DNA of 64,000 nt from Thermoplasmata archaeon (GCA_020054495.1 JAHWGK010000009.1:5314-69313), one strand, 5' to 3'; positions 31,831 through 41,354 are shown, counted from the stretch's first letter. Numbers and translations: made by a program. The notes: generated by a model not told the origin, from the sequence alone.

Positions 31831-32538
31831 TTATGTCTCTGCTTTAAAGTGAATATAAATTGTACCCGTTGGTGTAGTACCGGATCCTGCGTCACTAGGT
31901 AGCTGTAATGATATTCCTACCCAGACGAAATCACTAGTTTCATTTACAGAGTTATTCGCATTATTATGTGAATACATTATACTTGAGGTACTGTCCCAGG
32001 GTGTAGTTAATTGCGTGCTTCCATCTGCACTCATATCGGTTGAAACTCCATTTCCTGCGGCTAGCGTCCATGCAACATCATCAGCGTCATATAATGCTGT
32101 ACCATCGTCTAATACTTTTACCGAGGCAGCACCATCACCGCCATAATCTGCATCTCGGTCTCCATGCAACCACATAGTCAGGTATGAATCATTAGTCCCT
32201 GATACATTAATATATGTTATGTTTACAGCAAATTGTTCTTCGTTAACAATTCCAAAAGCAGCTGTATAATTTTTATCTGAATTTGGCATCCAATCGCCAA
32301 GCTCCATTGTTACAAATTGTGTTCCAGTGCCGTTATCATTTACCCTTAATACTCTTTTGTTGTCATCGGACGAGTTATCTGATGCAATATATCTTATATC
32401 AGACTCGCTTGGATGGACAATAGCAAATGAATAAGTAACCCTCGTAGTAGCATACTGAGTAGCCATTGTCATACTTAAAACTACGAGCATTACACCTAAT
32501 AATACTAAACGTCTGTCTAATCTCATCCCATTACACAT
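31831..32538 (-). CDS. Secreted beta-rich protein, paralog B (likely start ATG 32526, MRLDRR...)
   Basis: About 70% identical by eye to 30522..31214. Signal anchor, then TQYATTRVTYSFAI. C-terminal GTIYIHFKAET. Confidence 0.4.
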   Translation of the reverse strand: MCNGMRLDRRLVLLGVMLVVLSMTMATQYATTRVTYSFAIVHPSESDIRYIASDNSSDDNKRVLRVNDNGTGTQFVTMELGDWMPNSDKNYTAAFGIVNEEQFAVNITYINVSGTNDSYLTMWLHGDRDADYGGDGAASVKVLDDGTALYDADDVAWTLAAGNGVSTDMSADGSTQLTTPWDSTSSIMYSHNNANNSVNETSDFVWVGISLQLPSDAGSGTTPTGTIYIHFKAET

Positions 32539-32691
32539 CCCATACTTCTAGCAAGAAAACAAATGCATATGCCATTATTTAAACGTATCGATAATAACCT
32601 ACATATGCAGGTGCATATCCCTCCTGTTGAACATGTGCCAAAAACACCCATATCTTTTCAAAAAATTTACCCAATTAATTGTAAATTTTTT

Positions 32692-34143
32692 CTAAGCAAA
32701 CAATTTTTTTGTTTCGGGTGGATCGGTAAACAAGCTTACTATTATGATGCAGCATAGAGAAACAAAGAATGCTGGAAGCATGCCAGGAACAATTAACTCT
32801 TTTGGCATTAAAGAAGTAATCCCACTTTTGTCCCATATAATTACAGTAGCCATACCAGAGATCATACCAGCTATTGCTCCCCATTTCGTCGTCTGTTTCC
32901 ACCAGAGTGACAAAATAATCAAGGGACCAAAAGATGCAGCAAGGCCTCCCCATGCAAATGCAACTAAAAAATAAATAGCACTATTCTCGCCAGGAATAGC
33001 AAAGATAAAAGCAATACCTGAAAGTAATAAAACAGATGTTCTACTTAAATATAGAAGCTTTTTTTGATTAGCTTTAGGATTTACTAGTTTATGATACACA
33101 TCCTCGACAACCGACGATGCTGCCACTAAAAGCTGAGAGTCAGCAGTTGACATAATTGCAGCGACTATAGCTGCTATTACAATCCCAGCAACCCATTCCG
33201 GCAGAAGACTAATTGCTAACATGGGCATCACCGTTTCAGGATCCGGTAATCCTTTAAACATGGCAAGACCAACGATACCAATGAGCACAGCTCCCCAGAG
33301 ACTTATTATAACCCAGATCATCCCAATTAATGTGCTATCCCACAGTTTTTTTTCACTTTTAATTGCCATATACCTTGTCAGAACATGCGGTTGACCGGGG
33401 TAACCAAAAAACCATGCCATACTAGCAAAGGCAAATAGCAGGAACAGAATCCCACTGTATCCATAGGTTGGCGATATCGAATTATAATCCACTTGTCCTA
33501 TCGCTGTAAAAATTGAACCAAGACCACCTAGTTTAATAATTCCAATGATTGGTAGGACGACTAATATAATTACTAATAGCATTCCTTGGAACACATCAGT
33601 CCATGCTACAGCAAAAAAACCACCCATAAGTGTATAAAAAGTTATAATCGCAAAACCAAGAATCAAAGCAGGATGATACCCCCATCCAAATGTTTCACTC
33701 AAAATCTTCCCACTTGCTACAAGTTGCGCTGAGACGTATGCTACCATAAAAACAGCAATAATTATTGTAGCAATAGCACGTATCGTGTGTGTATCATCTT
33801 TGTATCTCTCTTCAAGGAAACCAGGAATAGTAAGCGCACGAAGTTTTTCAGTAAATCTCCGGAGTCTTTTTGCAATAACACTCCAGTTAAAAAGCGTTCC
33901 AAGCGCACATGCTACTGCGGTCCATATCGCACTTATCCCATAAACAAAGGCTCTACCGGGTAAAGCAAGAACTAGCCATCCGCTCATATCAGATGCCTGA
34001 GCGCTTATTGCCACAGGCCAAGTACCTAGTTTTCTACCAGCAATTAAAAAATCATCGAGGGTTTTATTTAACCTAGAGGACCAAATGCCAATTAAGACAA
34101 GTATGACGAGATAAACAATGAATGCCAGAATTAATGTGCTCAA
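32692..34143 (-). CDS. Sodium:solute symporter family (SSF; PutP/PanF-like) transporter, TTG start
   Basis: 483 aa with about 13 hydrophobic helices. N-terminus FIVYLVILVLIGIWSSRLNKTLDDFLIAGRKLG is typical of the SSF family. Confidence 0.8.
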   Translation of the reverse strand: MSTLILAFIVYLVILVLIGIWSSRLNKTLDDFLIAGRKLGTWPVAISAQASDMSGWLVLALPGRAFVYGISAIWTAVACALGTLFNWSVIAKRLRRFTEKLRALTIPGFLEERYKDDTHTIRAIATIIIAVFMVAYVSAQLVASGKILSETFGWGYHPALILGFAIITFYTLMGGFFAVAWTDVFQGMLLVIILVVLPIIGIIKLGGLGSIFTAIGQVDYNSISPTYGYSGILFLLFAFASMAWFFGYPGQPHVLTRYMAIKSEKKLWDSTLIGMIWVIISLWGAVLIGIVGLAMFKGLPDPETVMPMLAISLLPEWVAGIVIAAIVAAIMSTADSQLLVAASSVVEDVYHKLVNPKANQKKLLYLSRTSVLLLSGIAFIFAIPGENSAIYFLVAFAWGGLAASFGPLIILSLWWKQTTKWGAIAGMISGMATVIIWDKSGITSLMPKELIVPGMLPAFFVSLCCIIIVSLFTDPPETKKLFA

Positions 34144-36782
34144 CTGTTTTTCCTCCTATCCCAGTAGAGATAGATCCCAGTAATTAAAACAACACATAGA
34201 AGAGGAATAATTAAGAAAAGCCAGGTATCAACAGGAACCTGTTTTTCCTTCTCAACTGGTTCAGGTTGTTCAAATGTTTGCGCATCAAAGCAATATATAT
34301 TTCCATTAGTAGACCCAACAAATACTTTCCCATTATCTACATATGGTGAAGAAACAATAGGTTTAGTCTTATAATTATAGATACCCTCGATATGGTAATC
34401 CGGGGCAATACTCCATTTTAAATCTCCATTTGATGCATCAAGCGCATACATTTTACCGTCACTGGATCCAAAAAATACAAAATCGCCATAAACCGTTGGA
34501 GATGACTGTATACCACCCTTTGTTGTAAACATCCATTTTAAGGTTCCATCATTTGCATCAACAGTATAAAAGTTATTATCATGAGATCCAAAATATATTT
34601 TGTTATCAAAATATGCTGGAGAAGAACCAATTCCCCAACCAGTCGTAAACTTCCATTTTAATTTACCAGTTACAGCATCTAATGCATATAGATTACTATC
34701 CCATGAGCCAAAATAAACAACATCATTAAAAATAATTGGAGAAGATACGACCGGCCCATCTGTTTCAAACTTCCATTTTAATTCTCCATATAGTTTATCA
34801 ACAACATACAAATGACCATCATTTGAGCCAAAATACAATAGGTTTTCATGTACAATTGGTGAAGAATGGATTTCACCATTTGTTTTAAAAATCCATTTTT
34901 CATCTCCTGTTTCCAAATCAAAAGCATATAAATTTCTATTATGCGAACCACAATAAATTATATTGTTTGAATATAGTGGCTTTGTTGACACATCACTAAT
35001 TTCATTTTTCCAAATAATCTCACCATTTATACTATTAAGAGCAAACAAACCTTCACTTGCTCCAACAACTACTTTATTATCAATATAGAGTGATGTTGAT
35101 TCGCTACTCCATCCAATATTATTCTCCCAAATTTTATCCCCTGTTTCAAAATCTAAAGCGTAAATATTTCCGTTCCATGATGTAAAAAATAAATTTTCTC
35201 CATTTGTTATCGGAGACGAATAAATTGCATTGCCTAATTCTCCTTGATCTGTTTCATATTCCCAAATGATTTCTCCGGTGACTCCCCTTTTTGTATATTC
35301 ATTAATATCTCTATGGATGCTTGATGCGTCCCTTGCAAATATTTGAACCCATCCACATGATGGTAAATCCGTATATTCTTCTCTATCTTCATGTAATGGA
35401 AATTCTTCCGCAAGAAAATCAACATCTCCGGGGTTCCCCATAAAAGCCCACAGGCCAAAGTCTTTTACCAATTGTGAATCCGTTACTTTACCATCAAACA
35501 TTATTACTTTCTTAGTTAAAATATTGCATATGGGATAAGTTGAAGTTATCCTACGAGCGATATCAGCATCAATACTACCATAATATTTTTCTTTAAATTC
35601 CTCAAACTTCAAGTCCCTCGAATTTTGTTCATAGGTAGGTGTTAATATCCTTCCAAGAATTCCTAAACCAAAAATTGAGTAAAGTTCCCTTCTTACTTTA
35701 TCATCTCTAGCAGCATTGACTGACCAATAGAATCCGTTTTTTGTTCTTTTTATTGCATGATTAAAAAAGGCTAATTCTAATGATGCAATTTCACCTGTTT
35801 TTGTATCACCCATTAACCACTCATTTGCAAAAAGACCATTATTCCTATTTAATAAACAATCAATCATTGCATCTATGTTATCTGAATATTGTATTGCTTT
35901 TCTTGCTCTTACAACAGTTGGAAGCCCAAACCGGTTCCATACGCCTCCTGGTTGAAGTGTAGTTTCCATAAGAATCATACCTGCATCATTTTGATAAAAA
36001 TCTTCATCACTAAATATCATTCCCGGAGCAGTTGACATTAAAATTCTATAACCCTTTGAGGGTTTAAGATCAATCATTACATTCCAACGCTCTGTTACAT
36101 AAACATGCCACCAATCATTTTCAAAAACCCAGGTTCTGGTGTTATGAGAAGCAACAATCCTACCATCAATTGTAGCATCACCTGTAGCAATAAATGCACT
36201 GCATTTATCCTTATATGATTCATTGAGGTCATCAGACGATTCCGAATATGAAAGAGGTTTTACAACATTAGTAAAAATTGGCCAAAGCCAATTGCTTTTA
36301 ATGCGATATGGATAAACATTACTATTTCTGAAACGTGATAGCATTTCATACATTTCATTTAAAGTTAAAATATCTTTATAACTAACAGCTTTACCTAAAA
36401 TTTTTCCACCTCTGTCAGCACATCCATCTGCAATACCTTTTATTTCCTGTTTATACTCATCAGGGTATAACTTCCAGAAAAAACGATTTGCATTAAACCT
36501 ATGAAATGTCCAAGAAAGTTTTTGGGGAAAAATATGAATCCATCTAGTTATATGATCAACAATTTCATCTGATAGAAGATATCCATGTTGATATCCACGT
36601 TCATATGGATCACCTTCGATGTGTAGATAAATCCAACCATGAGTGTTATATCGATAACCCTCTTTATATCTATCAGAGCTTTTTGCGTTTGATGAAATTC
36701 CCTCTTCTGTTGCTGAAACACCAGTGAAAAATATCGGTGATAGTAAAATCATAACTACTATTGTACAGTATAATTCTTTCAT
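34140..36782 (-). CDS. Exported Ntn-hydrolase-like (peptidase C45 / phospholipase-B-like) domain + 8-blade PQQ-like beta-propeller + C-terminal TM anchor
   Basis: Signal peptide MKELYCTIVVMILLSPIFFTGVSA. Segments GDPYERGYQHGYLLSDEI and a candidate nucleophile KCSAFIATGDATIDGRIVASHN. Repeated G.IYALD..TG..KW motifs. Terminal WLFLIIPLLCVVLITGIYLYW. Confidence 0.6.
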   Translation of the reverse strand: MKELYCTIVVMILLSPIFFTGVSATEEGISSNAKSSDRYKEGYRYNTHGWIYLHIEGDPYERGYQHGYLLSDEIVDHITRWIHIFPQKLSWTFHRFNANRFFWKLYPDEYKQEIKGIADGCADRGGKILGKAVSYKDILTLNEMYEMLSRFRNSNVYPYRIKSNWLWPIFTNVVKPLSYSESSDDLNESYKDKCSAFIATGDATIDGRIVASHNTRTWVFENDWWHVYVTERWNVMIDLKPSKGYRILMSTAPGMIFSDEDFYQNDAGMILMETTLQPGGVWNRFGLPTVVRARKAIQYSDNIDAMIDCLLNRNNGLFANEWLMGDTKTGEIASLELAFFNHAIKRTKNGFYWSVNAARDDKVRRELYSIFGLGILGRILTPTYEQNSRDLKFEEFKEKYYGSIDADIARRITSTYPICNILTKKVIMFDGKVTDSQLVKDFGLWAFMGNPGDVDFLAEEFPLHEDREEYTDLPSCGWVQIFARDASSIHRDINEYTKRGVTGEIIWEYETDQGELGNAIYSSPITNGENLFFTSWNGNIYALDFETGDKIWENNIGWSSESTSLYIDNKVVVGASEGLFALNSINGEIIWKNEISDVSTKPLYSNNIIYCGSHNRNLYAFDLETGDEKWIFKTNGEIHSSPIVHENLLYFGSNDGHLYVVDKLYGELKWKFETDGPVVSSPIIFNDVVYFGSWDSNLYALDAVTGKLKWKFTTGWGIGSSPAYFDNKIYFGSHDNNFYTVDANDGTLKWMFTTKGGIQSSPTVYGDFVFFGSSDGKMYALDASNGDLKWSIAPDYHIEGIYNYKTKPIVSSPYVDNGKVFVGSTNGNIYCFDAQTFEQPEPVEKEKQVPVDTWLFLIIPLLCVVLITGIYLYWDRRKNS

Positions 36783-36898
36783 ATATATTTAAGATATATA
36801 TGTTGCATATTATATAAAAATATTTATCTGAGCACCATTTTCTATACAAAGAACATATAACTTAGAAATATATTTCCTACAAAACAAGAGGGATAACA

Positions 36899-37243
36899 AT
36901 GTCAAAACACGTTAATAACATGAGAGAATATCGGCAAAAAATGAATGATGCAATACTCAACATTGATAACAAAAACATAAAACGATTTTTTGCACTTGAT
37001 AATAGGGTCTATAATTCTGGTGCGATTGATAAAAAACTAAAAGAATTAATGGGCCTTGTTGCATCGACTGTACTGCGATGTAACGATTGTATTTTTTATC
37101 ATCTTGATCAATGTAATAAGCAGGGTGTTACCGATGAAGAGCTTTACGAAGCAATAAACATTGCACTCATTGTTGGTGGATCAATAACAATTCCACACAT
37201 ACGTTTTATCTTTGAAATGTGGGAACAATTAAAAAAACCCTAG
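36899..37243 (+). CDS. Carboxymuconolactone decarboxylase/AhpD-like family protein
   Basis: 114 aa; LKELMGLVASTVLRCNDCIFYH with a CxxC motif. Confidence 0.65.
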   Translation: MSKHVNNMREYRQKMNDAILNIDNKNIKRFFALDNRVYNSGAIDKKLKELMGLVASTVLRCNDCIFYHLDQCNKQGVTDEELYEAINIALIVGGSITIPHIRFIFEMWEQLKKP

Positions 37244-37641
37244 GTCTTTTTTTTCTTCAGATGAAAAATATACCTAGTTGGTATTCTTTTTTTCTTACCA
37301 GTCCAGTAACCACAATTAGGGCATCTAAACTCTATCGTTACTTCTCCACCCCAGATTGTAAGGTTTTTCACCCGTTTTAGAGTACTTCTGCATACCGGAC
37401 ATTTTGTCATTAGTTTCTTTGGATTACCTTCACGGGAATGAATTTCAAGTTTTACAAAATCACTATTTATTGCAATCTTTCTAAGTCTGCTACCAGTAAC
37501 TCCAAATTTTTTCTTTTTTGTGTTAAGTTCTTTTGTAGCCAATTCTTTTAATTTGCTTTGCGATTGAACTGTTCGAAATTTTCTTAAAACCTCTTTAAGA
37601 GCAACTTTAATCTGATCATCAGATGGTATATGATAACTCAT
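37240..37641 (-). CDS. Zinc-ribbon protein, basic (function unknown)
   Basis: CPVCRS...CPNCG four-Cys ribbon; Lys-rich. Confidence 0.45.
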   Translation of the reverse strand: MSYHIPSDDQIKVALKEVLRKFRTVQSQSKLKELATKELNTKKKKFGVTGSRLRKIAINSDFVKLEIHSREGNPKKLMTKCPVCRSTLKRVKNLTIWGGEVTIEFRCPNCGYWTGKKKRIPTRYIFHLKKKKT

Positions 37642-37676
37642 GACAATAATAGAATCCAGTTATTACTTAAAACCTT

Positions 37677-38498
37677 TTAGCGCGGAATTGTATTCAGTAG
37701 ATCTGTTCTACTGATAATGCCCACTAGTTTTCCGTTTTCTATGATTGGTAGTGCACCCAAATTTTTCTTTAGCATAATACTTGCTGTATCACTAGCCGTC
37801 ATGTTCGGCTCAGTCCATATAGCAGGTGTTTTCATAACATCTTTAACAAGTAGCTCATCAAGTCTGTGTTTCTGTCGACCAAGAGGGAATGATCTTTTTA
37901 CTTTTGCTAGTGCAAATACTATCTCATTATCAGATATCATGCCAACAAGCGTTCCTTGATCAACAACTGGTAACCTAGAAATATCTTCATCAATTATTAT
38001 TCTTCGAGCGTGAATCACTCTATCATCAGGCGATACCGTATGAAGTTTCTTCTTCATTATTTCTCTAACTCGTTGTTTACTATCCACAAACGGTAAAAAA
38101 TCTGCTTTAGTAACAACACCTACAAGGCTATTATTTTCTACAATACAAAGCATAGTCGGTCCAGGTTTACCAACTTTCTTCAAAATCGTTTTAACACTTG
38201 TATCTGGAGAAATACATTCAATTTCTTTATCAGTAACAGAAGATGCATGCAATCGTGAAGCAGGGACACCTCTCTTACGTATTGATCCAAGTTTATAAGC
38301 AATAATATTGTCAGTAACCATACCAATAAGTTTTTTATCCTCAACTACAGGTATCTTTGTAATTTCATGTTTTTTCATAAGATGAAGAACATATTTTAGA
38401 TCTACGTCTTTATCTACAGTTATAACATTCTTTGCCATAACCTCTTTTACTTTCATATTATTCCATCCTTTTGTAAATAGTTTAATAACAAAATTCAT
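37677..38498 (-). CDS. Four-CBS-domain protein (likely start ATG 38456)
   Basis: Repeated CBS motifs (VKEVMAKNVITV..., ITKIPVVEDKKLIGMVT, ISRLPVVDQGTLVGMIS, LGALPIIENGKLVGIISRTDLL). Confidence 0.8.
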   Translation of the reverse strand: MNFVIKLFTKGWNNMKVKEVMAKNVITVDKDVDLKYVLHLMKKHEITKIPVVEDKKLIGMVTDNIIAYKLGSIRKRGVPASRLHASSVTDKEIECISPDTSVKTILKKVGKPGPTMLCIVENNSLVGVVTKADFLPFVDSKQRVREIMKKKLHTVSPDDRVIHARRIIIDEDISRLPVVDQGTLVGMISDNEIVFALAKVKRSFPLGRQKHRLDELLVKDVMKTPAIWTEPNMTASDTASIMLKKNLGALPIIENGKLVGIISRTDLLNTIPR

Positions 38499-39049
38499 TC
38501 ATATTTTAATGCATCTATGCAATCGTCACAAAGAAGGCGCCCATCAATATTTTTTAAATTAGTAGAAAGTGTTCCACAATCCTCACATTTTCCAGAGAAA
38601 ATTTGTTTTCTTAGATGGGATTCGTCTCTTATGGTTATATCATACCATTCCCGAGATATTTCATGAAGAATAGGGGACATCCTTGAGATATCTTTTTGTG
38701 TAATTATTCCTATTAGTTCATCGTTTTCTATTACGGGTAGTCTTCTAACGTTACATTTACCCATTGTTTTCATTGCGTCCTCAAGTGTGACATATGGATC
38801 AATGACTATAATCGGAGTACTCATCACTTCTCCAACTAGGACATCTTTTGCGTTTTTTCCCACGGCTACAACTTTTTTTAAAATATCGCTCTCAGTCAAT
38901 ATACCAATTGGTTGTTTTTTTTCTACAATTATTACATTTCCAATTTTTCTTTTTTTCATTAATTTTGCTGCTTCTAATACTGTAATTGTTGCTTTTGCCA
39001 TAGCAAGATTTGTTTTCATTGCTTCTTTAACGACTACTTCTCTGCCCAT
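38495..39049 (-). CDS. CBS-pair protein with C-terminal zinc ribbon
   Basis: VKEAMKTNLAMA..., VRRLPVIENDELIGIITQKDI, then CEDCG...CDDC. Confidence 0.75.
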   Translation of the reverse strand: MGREVVVKEAMKTNLAMAKATITVLEAAKLMKKRKIGNVIIVEKKQPIGILTESDILKKVVAVGKNAKDVLVGEVMSTPIIVIDPYVTLEDAMKTMGKCNVRRLPVIENDELIGIITQKDISRMSPILHEISREWYDITIRDESHLRKQIFSGKCEDCGTLSTNLKNIDGRLLCDDCIDALKYE

Positions 39050-39129
39050 TTTACAGCCTCTTGACCGGACTAATATATATTAACTAGACCCAAACATTAA
39101 AGCCTTTCAATGTATTTTATCTTTTTCAT

Positions 39130-39642
39130 ATGAATGCTGGTCAATATGAACGAGAACTTAAAAATATACTTGAAGGAGAAGCCAAGACTCTTTCCAGGAT
39201 AACAAAAACATGCACAGCAATAGAAAAAGGGAACTACTTAAAAATATCAGAAAAGCCTTTTGTAGTAATACGTGCAGCTGGGTCTTTTGGTGTTGATCTC
39301 GTAGCGACACGTGGAGATATTTCTTTTTTAACTGAAGTTAAAACCAGCTTTGGAACTACTCTTCACTTCAGTAGTGTTAGTGGTAAATTACAAAAACAGG
39401 CTGAAACAATGAAGACTACATGTGAAAAAACAAAAACACTACCGATATATGCGTTTAGAACTAAAGGTCAACATGGGGATTCGTGGAGGGTCTTCACTCT
39501 TGATGTTGATGGTCTTGAGGGCAGAACAAGTCTAGCGCATAGGCGAATACCTAAACTTAAAAAAAGTAAGAGTGGTAATTATATTATGGAATGGAATGAA
39601 GGTATGCCCCTTTCAGATTTCATCTCATATTTATGCAAATGA
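39130..39642 (+). CDS. Hjc-like archaeal Holliday junction resolvase (nuclease fold, with insertion)
   Basis: G.YERELKNIL...VIRAAGSFGVDLVATRGDISFLTEVKTS matches the Hjc E...D...EVK core pattern. It is longer than a typical Hjc. Confidence 0.45.
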   Translation: MNAGQYERELKNILEGEAKTLSRITKTCTAIEKGNYLKISEKPFVVIRAAGSFGVDLVATRGDISFLTEVKTSFGTTLHFSSVSGKLQKQAETMKTTCEKTKTLPIYAFRTKGQHGDSWRVFTLDVDGLEGRTSLAHRRIPKLKKSKSGNYIMEWNEGMPLSDFISYLCK

Positions 39643-39680
39643 TACGAAATGTTTTTAGAACTGTTTCATATTAACGCACG

Positions 39681-40130
39681 TTGATTATAATGAAAAAAAT
39701 GCTTGTCGCATATGATGGATCTGAAGCTTCTAAAAAAGCGATAGAAATGGCTAGTAAATGCTCTAGGAAAGAAGATGAAATAACCCTTCTTACTGTTGTA
39801 CCTGCTGAACTAGCAGAATCATCTTTTACAAAAATGTTACTCCCCACTATTGACCTTAGTGATGTAGTAAAATCAGGAAGTTTTAAACAAAAAGCGATGG
39901 AATCCTTATCAAAGATCGTAAAAGAAATTGAAAATAATGTTTCAAAAGTAAATGTAGCTGTCGAAGCAGGAGACCCAGCAGATGAAATTCTTATGTCAGC
40001 AAAAAAACATGAGGCAGACATAATCGTTGTAGGTTACAAAGGCTATGGCAAAGAAGGAAGATTTTTACTTGGGAGCGTAACTGATAAAGTAGTTAGACAT
40101 GCAAGTAAATCGGTTTTAGTTGTAAGATAA
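39681..40130 (+). CDS. Universal stress protein (UspA family), likely start ATG 39690
   Basis: KKMLVAYDGSEASKKAIEMA...ADIIVVGYKGYGKEGRFLLGSVTDKVVRHASKSVLVV. Confidence 0.85.
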   Translation: MIIMKKMLVAYDGSEASKKAIEMASKCSRKEDEITLLTVVPAELAESSFTKMLLPTIDLSDVVKSGSFKQKAMESLSKIVKEIENNVSKVNVAVEAGDPADEILMSAKKHEADIIVVGYKGYGKEGRFLLGSVTDKVVRHASKSVLVVR

Positions 40131-40142
40131 AAATATTTTTTT

Positions 40143-41354
40143 GTGATCTTAATGCATCCTGCAGATGAGATACGGGGGGATAAAAGTAAAAGACTTTCTA
40201 AAAAAAGGATAGTTCTTGCAGTTACAGGTAGTATAGCTGCTGTTGAAACAATCAAACTTTCTCGCGAGCTTATTAGGCACGATGCAGAAGTTTTTCCAGT
40301 TATGACGCCTTCTGCAACAAAGATTATTCATCCTGATTCTCTTTGGTTTGCAACTGGAAATAAACCTATTATTGAGCTTAGTGGAAAAACTGAACATGTT
40401 TCTTTTTGTGGGCGAGTAAAGAATCCAGCAGATTTACTACTTATATCTCCTTGTACAGCAAATACTATTTCAAAAATAGCTCATGGTATTGATGATACAG
40501 CTGTTACAACTTTTGCTACTACAGCAATTGGATCTGATGTACCAATTTTGATTGTACCAGCAATGCATCTTTCTATGTATGATCACAAAATTGTTCAAGA
40601 AAATATAAAAAAATGTAAAAAAGTCGGCATCAAGTTTATTGAACCTTCCATTATAAAAAATAAGGCTAAGATGGTAAGTATTGATGAAATTGTTACATAT
40701 GCCATTCGCGAAACTGGTAAACAGGATTTGTCAAAAAGGAAAATACTTATTATCGGAGGCCCTACTGTAGAGTATATCGATGATATAAGAGTAATTACTA
40801 ATCGTAGTTCTGGAAAAACAGCTATTTCACTTGCGATAAATTCTTTTTATAGAGGCGCTGATGTTGAGCTTTGGTATGGATCTGGTAGAGAAAAACCTCC
40901 AAATTACATTAGAACTATAGTTTTTAAATCTATTAACGATATCTCTAACTTATTAAAATCTAAAGATTTAAAGAAATTTGATGTAATAATTTTATGTGCC
41001 GCTTTATCAGATTATATTCCAAGAAAATATAAAGGGAAAATACCTTCTAAAAAAGACAAATTTGTAGTTGAGATGTTGCAAGCGCCAAAAATTATTGCTA
41101 GTTTAAGGAAAAAAGCTCCAAATTCTAAAATTATCGGTTTCAAAGTTGAAGAAAACGAATTTAACCTTAAAGAAAAAGCCAGAAACCTTCTAAAGAATAA
41201 TAATCTTGATTTTGTAGTTGCAAATACTATATCTGGTTTTGATAAAGATAAAAATGAGATATGGATAATTGATAAAATGGGAAAAAGCATCTATAAAAAA
41301 GGCAAGAAGGATCGATTAGCTGATTGTATTTTAGATAAAGTAAAGTGTGAATAA
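40143..41354 (+). CDS. coaBC: Bifunctional phosphopantothenoylcysteine decarboxylase/synthetase CoaBC (likely start ATG 40152)
   Basis: Flavoprotein N-domain KRIVLAVTGSIAAVETIKL...PAMHLSMY. C-terminal synthetase domain ILIIGGPTVEYIDDIRVITNRSSGK...AALSDY. Confidence 0.85.
   Translation: MILMHPADEIRGDKSKRLSKKRIVLAVTGSIAAVETIKLSRELIRHDAEVFPVMTPSATKIIHPDSLWFATGNKPIIELSGKTEHVSFCGRVKNPADLLLISPCTANTISKIAHGIDDTAVTTFATTAIGSDVPILIVPAMHLSMYDHKIVQENIKKCKKVGIKFIEPSIIKNKAKMVSIDEIVTYAIRETGKQDLSKRKILIIGGPTVEYIDDIRVITNRSSGKTAISLAINSFYRGADVELWYGSGREKPPNYIRTIVFKSINDISNLLKSKDLKKFDVIILCAALSDYIPRKYKGKIPSKKDKFVVEMLQAPKIIASLRKKAPNSKIIGFKVEENEFNLKEKARNLLKNNNLDFVVANTISGFDKDKNEIWIIDKMGKSIYKKGKKDRLADCILDKVKCE

Noticed and set aside
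11274-32538. Reading the accessory block as a defence island or mobile element
   Set aside because: I see no nuclease, helicase, reverse transcriptase, integrase, transposase, toxin-like ATPase, flanking direct repeats or tRNA attachment site. All the large products carry signal anchors or surface-protein domains, so a cell-surface function fits better.
39671-40021. 116-aa minus-strand ORF overlapping the UspA gene
   Set aside because: The opposite strand encodes a clear universal stress protein. This ORF has no motif and no start context.
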